Positions 55,092 through 64,000 of a DNA stretch of 64,000 bases are shown one piece after another. How positions within the stretch are numbered: position 1 is the stretch's first letter; the number at the start of each line of letters is the position of its first letter. The notes under the pieces are model-generated. The model had not been told where the DNA came from. It worked only from the letters and a program-made list of their open reading frames with translations, and did no database searches. Where the stretch lies: positions 20,474 through 84,473 of the forward strand of contig JBAXRK010000008.1 of assembly GCA_037131245.1 (NCBI GenBank), given 5' to 3'. The position numbers and the translations under genes are program-made. The stretch comes from Candidatus Omnitrophota bacterium (GTDB lineage Bacteria; Omnitrophota; Gorgyraeia; Zapsychrales; Fredricksoniimonadaceae).

Positions 55092-56744
55092 TCAATGAAA
55101 AACGGCACCAGTCGAAGCGGACGTGACCATCCGGGCATAACGGCCCAAATAGCCGGAGGCGGCTTTCAAAGGCAGTAATGTCATCTTTTTCCGGCGGCGT
55201 TTGATCTCGGCCCCGCTTAACCGGACGTTTATTTTTTTATTGGGGATATCAATATCGATCACGTCATTATTTTTGATGTAGGCGATCAGGCCGCCCGCGG
55301 CCGCCTCGGGTGAAATGTGCCCGATACAGGGCCCGCGCGTGCCGCCGGAAAACCTACCGTCGGTAATAAGCGCCACGTGCTTATGCAGCCCCAGCCCCAC
55401 GATCGCGGCGGTCGGCGAAAGCATTTCCCGCATCCCAGGCCCGCCGGCCGGGCCTTCATAACGAATGACCACCACCATCCCTTTTTTAACCTTGCCCCCC
55501 AGGATCGCGGCCATAGCCTCTTCTTCCGAATTATAAACCACGGCCCTGCCGCTGAACTTGAGCATCTCGGGTTCCACCGCCGCCTGCTTGACGATAGCCC
55601 CTTCGACGGCAATATTCCCGTAAAGCACCGCGATCCCGCCCTGCTTATGCTCCGGCGCGTCCGCGGGGCGGATCACCTCATGATCGATCAATTTCACTGA
55701 GCGCATGATCCCGGCCGTTGACAGGCCCGAAACTGTCGGCAGGTCATGCATATTGTTGGCCAGCATCCGCATGACCGCCGGAATACCGCCCGCGAAATGA
55801 AGGTCTTCCATATACCACTTGCCAGCGGGGTTCATGCTGCACAAATGCGGCGTGACGCGGCTAAGGCGATCAAAATGTTGCAGGGTCAGCGGCACCCCGG
55901 CTTCATGCGCGATCGCCATCAAATGTAAAACCGTATTCGACGAACCGCCCAGCGCCATATCCACGCGCACCGCGTTCTCAAGGGCTTTAACAGTAACAAT
56001 ATCCCGTGGGCGAATATTCTTACGGACCAGGTCCACCACCCGTTGGCCACTCTCGTAGGCGATGCGCTGTTTACGCGTCAGGACCGCCATCGTGGTCGCG
56101 CACATCGGCAGCGACAGCCCCATGGCTTCCGCCAGGCAAGCCATGGTGTTCGCCGTATACATGCCCTGGCAGGAACCACACGTCGGGCAGGCTTCCGTTT
56201 CCAGGATCTGGCGCTCGCCTTCCGCCATGGCGCCGGCCTTGACCTTACCGACCGCTTCAAAAGTATCCGTAATAAGATTAAGCCGGCGCTTCTCGTGACG
56301 GCCGGTAAGCATCGGCCCGGCGGTCACCACGATCGACGGTACATTGACCCGCAGCGACCCCATGATCATACCGGGCGTGATCTTGTCGCAATTCGTCAGC
56401 AGGATCAATCCGTCAAAAGCGTTCGCCTGCGCGACACATTCGATAATATCGGCGATCAACTCACGCGAGGGCAGCGAATTCTGCATGCCCCGGTGGCCCA
56501 TCGCGATCCCGTCGCAAATACCGGGCACGCCGAAAATAAAAGGCGTACCGCCCGCGTTCTCAATACCGCGCTCAATAGAGCGCTCCAGCACGCGCATCTG
56601 GGTATGCCCGGGAATAATATCGGTGAACGAAGACGCGATGCCGATGAACGGCCGGTCTAAATGAGAGCGATGCAGCCCCGTGGCATAAAGCAGCGCCCGG
56701 TTCGGCATGCGCTCGAGTCCTTTTTTGATCAGGTCGGATTTCAT
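55092..56744 (-). CDS. ilvD: dihydroxy-acid dehydratase
   Basis: 550 aa IlvD/Edd family ([40 protein letters not shown]). Confidence 0.9.
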   Translation of the reverse strand: MKSDLIKKGLERMPNRALLYATGLHRSHLDRPFIGIASSFTDIIPGHTQMRVLERSIERGIENAGGTPFIFGVPGICDGIAMGHRGMQNSLPSRELIADIIECVAQANAFDGLILLTNCDKITPGMIMGSLRVNVPSIVVTAGPMLTGRHEKRRLNLITDTFEAVGKVKAGAMAEGERQILETEACPTCGSCQGMYTANTMACLAEAMGLSLPMCATTMAVLTRKQRIAYESGQRVVDLVRKNIRPRDIVTVKALENAVRVDMALGGSSNTVLHLMAIAHEAGVPLTLQHFDRLSRVTPHLCSMNPAGKWYMEDLHFAGGIPAVMRMLANNMHDLPTVSGLSTAGIMRSVKLIDHEVIRPADAPEHKQGGIAVLYGNIAVEGAIVKQAAVEPEMLKFSGRAVVYNSEEEAMAAILGGKVKKGMVVVIRYEGPAGGPGMREMLSPTAAIVGLGLHKHVALITDGRFSGGTRGPCIGHISPEAAAGGLIAYIKNNDVIDIDIPNKKINVRLSGAEIKRRRKKMTLLPLKAASGYLGRYARMVTSASTGAVFH

Positions 56745-56745
56745 A

Positions 56746-57099
56746 TCACCCTTTACTTTTATCCAGATAAAACTGCTGCCCGACAGATAAACCCAACCGG
56801 TCGATGGTGCCCGCGTTCATTTCGACGGCAATAACGGCTTTCCAGAAAACCGGGCTCAAGCCGAACGGCTTGATGGCGCGCACCAGCCCCACCACCTGCC
56901 AGGACGCATCGACAAAGATCACGTCGATCGGAAATTTCATGAAGAACATGTGGATGGAATTACACTGCGTGATCACCAGGGCCTCGCCATCCTTCAGCCC
57001 TGTACGGCCCAATAATCCTTTCATCCGGGTAAACGTGGTATCGGCCAGAACGGCCTGGTGGGCAACAACTTCCTGGGTGGAGAGGTTCGCGATGATCAC
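56746..57099 (-). CDS. DUF192 (COG1430-like) protein
   Basis: 117 aa with R.KGLLGR......[25 protein letters not shown], typical of DUF192. Confidence 0.6.
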   Translation of the reverse strand: MIIANLSTQEVVAHQAVLADTTFTRMKGLLGRTGLKDGEALVITQCNSIHMFFMKFPIDVIFVDASWQVVGLVRAIKPFGLSPVFWKAVIAVEMNAGTIDRLGLSVGQQFYLDKSKG

Positions 57100-57102
57100 C
57101 GC

Positions 57103-59280
<2,178 letters not shown>

Positions 59281-59299
59281 GCTCTTTTATCTATCATAG

Positions 59300-60997
59300 T
59301 TACTTGCGTTTGGCAACATTTTTAAGGAACTGGTCCAGGCTGTAAACAATAGGAAGGGTTACGGTTATCTCATCTTGCGTGAGCATGGCCGGAAAAGGGC
59401 TGTAGGGAGCCAGGACCTTGGCCGTATTGACCGCGTCCTGATCGAAAACATCATACCCGGAACTTTCTTTAACGAACACGTCCCGCAAGCTGCCATCCTT
59501 GCGAATGACCAGCGCGAGCTTCACCGTTCCCTGCCAGCGATTCTCCTTGGCTTCATAGGGATAAGCAATTGATGAGGAAACCCGCTGCTGCACAGCTTCG
59601 GCATAAGGCTTAAGGCCGGCCGCGATGGTAACCGGAACCCCGGCCGCGTTCTTGGTGATCACCGGCAGATTGGCGTCCCGCCGGGCCGAATCGATCACGA
59701 TGCGCTCATCAGGCGTCACGGACATAAGGGCTTGGCTTCTAACGACCGGCACCACGACGGGCGCTACCGGCGCCTCGGCCACACCAACATCTTTTCTTAC
59801 CTTAATAATAGTCGGCGTAATGGAAATGACCACTTCTGTTTCATCCTCCGGTTGAGCGGAGCTACGGAAAAGCACCCCGATCAAAGGGATTTTGCTGACA
59901 AACGGCACCCTGTTGGTACTGTTGCTGTCATGTTTCTTGATCATGCCAGCCAGGACAATGGTCTGCTTGTCTTCCAGGAAAAGCGAGGTCTGCGCCGTGC
60001 GCGTGGTGAACGCTACGTCGCCGCTGGTAAGGTCCTTGGTGGCATTATCGATATCACTGATCTCAACATTCAACAAAAGGTCAACTTTGCCTTCCTTGAT
60101 CGTGGGGGTCGCGCCCATACTGATCCCGTACGACTTGAACGTCGTGCTCGTGGTCTGTGAGCCGCCGGCACTGGCCGTTGCCGTGGTCGTCTTGATAGGA
60201 ACCTCGCCGCCCACCAGGAACGTGGCTTCCTTGCCGTTACGCACCACCAGCCGAGGTTTGGAAAGCACATGCGCCTTGCCTTCAGACACCAGCGCGTTGA
60301 CTTTCGCGACCAAAGCCGGCGTCCGCGCAAAGCCACCGATCTTAAAAAGATCTTTAGCTTTGTAGGTTGTCGGCGGGGTTTGCTCGGTATATGAAAAAGC
60401 ATTCGTCCAATCAACGCCCAGCGTTTTGGTCAACGTAGACGACAGCTCGGTGATCTGCATATCGAGCTGGATCATATCCTCGATCTCTTCCTTCTTAACA
60501 AGGTTGAGAACGCTACCCTGAAAGCCGTCCGCCACCGAATTAAGGATGGCCAGCTTGTCCTCCGGAATATACCCGGTCAGCATGACCTTGCCCTCCAGGT
60601 CATTAACTTCGATCTTGACGCCGGTCACACCGGAATTTGCCAGGATCTTCTCAATACGCGCCTTGATCAAGCCCAGATCATCACTGAGGACCCTGACCAT
60701 AAAAGACCTCTTGCCGCTATCATCCCACAGGAAGACCACGGTTTGCCCGGCCAGTTGGCCAACCACCGTCACCTGGTCCGGTTTGGCATCCGTAATGTCC
60801 GCGACATTCGGGTCCGTTACCGACACCCGTTGCAACCCTTTGGTCGCAATGGGATAAACGTCCCCCTTAAGGATCGTGATATCCTCAAACCCGCCGGACT
60901 CCGCGTTGACGCGGGGAACAGGCAAAACCATCAAACAGGCCGCCAGGAACAGGCACAGGCATTTCTTCATAGATTTCACCATGGTAGGGACGTTCAT
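59300..60997 (-). CDS. cpaC: CpaC/RcpA-type secretin with a C-terminal TonB_C-like domain
   Basis: Signal peptide. Secretin core (GGEVPIKTT..VPFVSKIPLIGVLFRS..EVVISITPTII). The last 130 aa or so carry YPYEAKENRWQGTVKLALVIRKDGSLRDVFVKESSGYDVFDQDAVNTAKVLAPYSPFP, which is the TonB C-terminal pattern. Confidence 0.7.
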   Translation of the reverse strand: MNVPTMVKSMKKCLCLFLAACLMVLPVPRVNAESGGFEDITILKGDVYPIATKGLQRVSVTDPNVADITDAKPDQVTVVGQLAGQTVVFLWDDSGKRSFMVRVLSDDLGLIKARIEKILANSGVTGVKIEVNDLEGKVMLTGYIPEDKLAILNSVADGFQGSVLNLVKKEEIEDMIQLDMQITELSSTLTKTLGVDWTNAFSYTEQTPPTTYKAKDLFKIGGFARTPALVAKVNALVSEGKAHVLSKPRLVVRNGKEATFLVGGEVPIKTTTATASAGGSQTTSTTFKSYGISMGATPTIKEGKVDLLLNVEISDIDNATKDLTSGDVAFTTRTAQTSLFLEDKQTIVLAGMIKKHDSNSTNRVPFVSKIPLIGVLFRSSAQPEDETEVVISITPTIIKVRKDVGVAEAPVAPVVVPVVRSQALMSVTPDERIVIDSARRDANLPVITKNAAGVPVTIAAGLKPYAEAVQQRVSSSIAYPYEAKENRWQGTVKLALVIRKDGSLRDVFVKESSGYDVFDQDAVNTAKVLAPYSPFPAMLTQDEITVTLPIVYSLDQFLKNVAKRK

Positions 60998-61000
60998 CGA

Positions 61001-61894
61001 CTAAAGTTCCTTTCCGCCGCGGAAGATCTGAATGTAGGGTTTGGTCTCCTGGACATTCTCGGTCTCAACCTTGATCTCGGGTTTCTCGGAAAGGTCTGCC
61101 GCCTTGTTGAGCGCGCTGACATCCGACCCGTTGAGCGGCTTGATATCCGCGCCGCTGTTCTCCAAAACATACTCACCCAGCGTTGACCAGTTAGCCGTCG
61201 GAATCATGTTGCGCCCTTTTTCCGTCGGCGTGCGCAGGGTCAATTCCAACGAGCCGTTCTGTTCCGCAAAAGCCAGCAGGCCCGCTTCCTGGGGCTCGAC
61301 CGCAAAGGTCACCTTGAGGGCCTTCTGCTGTTGCTGGTTCTCGTAGGAGCCCGGCTCATCGATATTCGTATTGATCGCCAGGACCTGAAGGTCCTGAAAG
61401 ATCATGGCCGTCACATTTTCCTTGGGATCAAGCTTCCGTCCCGTCGGCAGGTTCAAATGCGCGATGATGTCCACAAAATCACCCGGATTGATCAGGCCGC
61501 CCACTGCCACCAGCGACTGGATCTCAACCGTGATGGCCCGTTTTCCCGCCGGTGTCCGTAAGGCCAGCGACGCTTTCTTTTTCGGTGCCGCCGCCGCTTC
61601 CGCCCCGCCTTGTGGCTTCTGTGCCGCGGCCGCGGCCGCGCGGGCCGCTTCCTCCGCCGCCCGCTTGGAATTGGCCTGGACCTCCGCGATCCGCTGGTTC
61701 AAGAGCGCGATATCCTGCTGATACTGTTGCTTGGTCTGCTCCTGTGCCTTTTCGAACTGATACGACAATTTCTGCTGCCCTTCATTGATCTGGGCATTGA
61801 TAAAATTGCCGACCAGAACGGACGCAATGACCCCGCAGGCAATAGCCGCGATAATGATCACCAGCTGTCTCTTGTCCATATTTGGAAGGGCCAT
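61001..61894 (-). CDS. cpaB: Flp pilus assembly protein CpaB/RcpC-like, with a Q/A-rich coiled-coil insert
   Basis: N-terminal membrane anchor. RAITVEIQSLVAVGGLINPGDFVDIIA is typical of CpaB. The insert reads QQYQQDIALLNQRIAEVQANSKRAAEEAARAAAAAAQK. Confidence 0.7.
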   Translation of the reverse strand: MALPNMDKRQLVIIIAAIACGVIASVLVGNFINAQINEGQQKLSYQFEKAQEQTKQQYQQDIALLNQRIAEVQANSKRAAEEAARAAAAAAQKPQGGAEAAAAPKKKASLALRTPAGKRAITVEIQSLVAVGGLINPGDFVDIIAHLNLPTGRKLDPKENVTAMIFQDLQVLAINTNIDEPGSYENQQQQKALKVTFAVEPQEAGLLAFAEQNGSLELTLRTPTEKGRNMIPTANWSTLGEYVLENSGADIKPLNGSDVSALNKAADLSEKPEIKVETENVQETKPYIQIFRGGKEL

Positions 61895-61896
61895 AT

Positions 61897-62880
61897 TTAC
61901 TCTCCGGTTTTAGCGTTCAACAGGTCGGTATTAACACTGACCTTGACCTTCTTGGCAACGTCGGCCATTTTATCCAGCACCGCTTTCTGCTGCTTCTGCG
62001 ACGTCAGTCCCTTAATAAGGTCGGCTTTCACCGTCTCGTAAGCCACCTTGTCGCCGCCGCGAACATCATCAACTTTAACGATATAAAACCCTTCCGGCCC
62101 CTGGAACACGGCCGAAACGCCGCCCTTGGACAGCGCTTCCACCGCCTTGCCCTGCGCTTCAAAAGAAGGCTTGGCCAGGAAACCCAGGTCTCCGCCCGCT
62201 GCCGCCGATTTCCCCTTGGACTTGTCCTTGGCGGCCTGCGCGAAATCCCCGCCCTGCAGGACCGCGACCAGCACATCCTTGGCCTCTGCTTCTGTCGGCA
62301 GGACGATCTCGCTGATCTTCTTCTCGATGGGGTTAACAAAAACATCAGGGTTCTTATCGAAGTAATCTTTCGCTTCGGCTTCCGTAGCGACGATGTCCTT
62401 AGTAAGGTTGGCCACCAGCTGCTGGACCAGGATATTATTCTCAAAATCATTCATCGCCGCGATAACTTCTTTCGATTCATTGATCTTCTGTTCACGCGCT
62501 TCGTGGACCATCAGCTGCTGGCGGATCAGCTCATCAATGAGCATATTGCGCGACTCCGCTTTCTTCTCATCGAAAGTCGGCACGACCTGCTTGATATTCT
62601 TCACCCGTTCGTTGAAATCCACCACGCTCAAGGTCCAATCCCCGACCTTGGCCAGGACATCGGCGGACAGCTTCTCGGCGGCATCGGCTTTGGGCGCTTC
62701 AGCCACCGGCGCAGCGGGAGCCAGCGCGGCCGGGGCAGGGGCTGTCACTGTCACAGGAGTACTGGCCGGTTTGGGCGCGGCGGTTTTCTTGGCTTTCGGT
62801 GAAAGGCTGTCACACCCGACCAGGCAGGTGACGGCGATAAGTGACAGAAAAATGAATGCTTTACTCGATGACCCGACCAT
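61897..62880 (-). CDS. parvulin-type peptidyl-prolyl isomerase lipoprotein (SurA/PrsA-like)
   Basis: Lipobox LVGC, a SurA-N-like helical region, and a parvulin core GDLGFLAKPSFEAQGKAVEALSKGGVSAVFQGPEGFYIVKV. Confidence 0.75.
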   Translation of the reverse strand: MVGSSSKAFIFLSLIAVTCLVGCDSLSPKAKKTAAPKPASTPVTVTAPAPAALAPAAPVAEAPKADAAEKLSADVLAKVGDWTLSVVDFNERVKNIKQVVPTFDEKKAESRNMLIDELIRQQLMVHEAREQKINESKEVIAAMNDFENNILVQQLVANLTKDIVATEAEAKDYFDKNPDVFVNPIEKKISEIVLPTEAEAKDVLVAVLQGGDFAQAAKDKSKGKSAAAGGDLGFLAKPSFEAQGKAVEALSKGGVSAVFQGPEGFYIVKVDDVRGGDKVAYETVKADLIKGLTSQKQQKAVLDKMADVAKKVKVSVNTDLLNAKTGE

Positions 62881-62916
62881 TTTTTCTCCTCCGGATTGTT
62901 TAATTCGTTAAGATCT

Positions 62917-63894
62917 TCAACCGCTAATAAGCCCCTTGACCTGATCGCGCTCCTCCACCAATTCCTTGAGGGTGAGAGCGATCTTCTCTTTGGCAAAAGG
63001 ATCCAGCGTCAGGCCCTGCACCACCTGCCAGTCTTTTCCGTCGCAACGCAGCGGAAAACCAAACACCAGCCCGGCGGGTATATCATAACTTCCATCCGAG
63101 GCCACGGCCGCCGAAAAGAACTCCCCCTCGCGGGTCGGCGTCGTTAAAGCCCGGACCGTATCAATGATCGCATTGGCCGCAGACGCCGCGGACGACAAGC
63201 CGCGCGCCTTGATGATCTCGGCCCCGCGTTTCTGCACCGTTTCAATGAAGGGCCCCTTGAGCCAACCCTCATCGGATATGACGCCGACAGCCGGCAACCC
63301 GTTGATCCGGGCATTGCCAAAATCGGGAAATTGCGTAGCCGAATGATTGCCCCAAATGCCGACACGGCTGACCGCGTCGTACCCGGCGCCCGCCTTAAGC
63401 GCCAGCTGCGCTTTCGCGCGATTCTGGTCAAGCATGGTCATGGCAAAGAAATGACGGGGATCAAGGCCGGCCGCGCATTCCTTGGCGATAAAAGCATTCG
63501 TGTTGCAGGGGTTGCCGACCACCAGGACCCGGCAGTCCTTTTTGGCGGAACGCGCCAGGGCCTTGCCCTGAGCCACGAAAACGCCGGCATTGATCTTCAA
63601 CAGGTCGCCGCGCTCCATCCCGGCCTTACGCGGCACGCTGCCGACCAGAAGGGCCCAATCGATACCGGCGAACGCCTGTACGGGATCCGTCGATAAAGTA
63701 ACTTTTTTCAACAAAGGAAAAGCGCAATCTTCCAGCTCCATGGCCACGCCCTTAAGCGCGCCCATCGCCGGCTCAAGCTCAAGAAGGCTAAGCTCCACCG
63801 GCGTGTCCTTGCCGAACATTTCACCTGACGCGATACGGAACAAAAGAGCGTAGCCGATCTGGCCCGCCGCACCTGTGACTGCCACTTTCACCAT
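62917..63894 (-). CDS. mdh: malate dehydrogenase (LDH-like family 2 type)
   Basis: N-terminus [27 protein letters not shown] and GNPCNTNA motifs. 325 aa. GGAAGGAG Shine-Dalgarno upstream. Confidence 0.9.
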   Translation of the reverse strand: MVKVAVTGAAGQIGYALLFRIASGEMFGKDTPVELSLLELEPAMGALKGVAMELEDCAFPLLKKVTLSTDPVQAFAGIDWALLVGSVPRKAGMERGDLLKINAGVFVAQGKALARSAKKDCRVLVVGNPCNTNAFIAKECAAGLDPRHFFAMTMLDQNRAKAQLALKAGAGYDAVSRVGIWGNHSATQFPDFGNARINGLPAVGVISDEGWLKGPFIETVQKRGAEIIKARGLSSAASAANAIIDTVRALTTPTREGEFFSAAVASDGSYDIPAGLVFGFPLRCDGKDWQVVQGLTLDPFAKEKIALTLKELVEERDQVKGLISG

Positions 63895-64000
63895 AAATTT
63901 GATCTCCTTCCTCTATTCTAGTATTTTTAGAATAATATTGAAAGATTAATTGATATTTTTGTACCCGGGGAACATCCGGCGAAAACGGGCGGGTGCCGCG

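Overview
64 kb of fairly GC-rich bacterial chromosome, tightly packed. Nearly all genes are on the minus strand, and 8 junctions show 4-nt start/stop overlaps: six ATGA, one GTGA and one TTGA (three of the ATGA and the TTGA depend on my revised or alternative start calls). Domain and family calls come from reading the supplied translations by eye; no searches were run. Housekeeping content: carA (partial), lnt, gltBD, nadE, type III glutamine synthetase behind a GAF-GAF-ANTAR regulator, a polyphosphate operon (ppx, ppk1, CHAD, phosphoesterases), a glycogen operon (GH57, glgB, glgP), ilvD, mdh and a partial Tad/Flp pilus set with unusual fusions. The standout is 21.5-36.5 kb: three tandem large genes (about 1246, 2056 and 1621 aa). 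Each has a signal peptide, the same roughly 340-aa N-terminal module and the same roughly 60-aa C-terminal GGID tail. Between these sit unrelated enzyme-like cargo regions: UDP-sugar-pyrophosphorylase-like; two Nudix/IDI-like modules plus HEAT repeats plus a DUF218-like domain; and three atypical kinase-like modules plus a pentapeptide-like stretch. I could not assign either shared module to a family I recognise. The first gene's cargo is much more AT-rich than its flanks, which suggests cassette exchange. My interpretation is a modular exported enzyme/effector family, and this is inference. The gene content would fit an uncultivated diderm lineage such as Omnitrophota, but that is a guess. 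Secondary items: an Lnt with a Q/A-rich C-terminal extension, a roughly 155-nt alternative-folding RNA-like element after glnN, a promoter plus leader terminator before glnN, a metallophosphoesterase fused to a Ppx C-terminal domain, a ROK kinase fused to an Mth938-like domain, CpaE-CpaF and secretin-TonB_C fusions, and a decayed toxin-antitoxin pair. I saw no rRNA, tRNA, CRISPR array, transposase or integrase.
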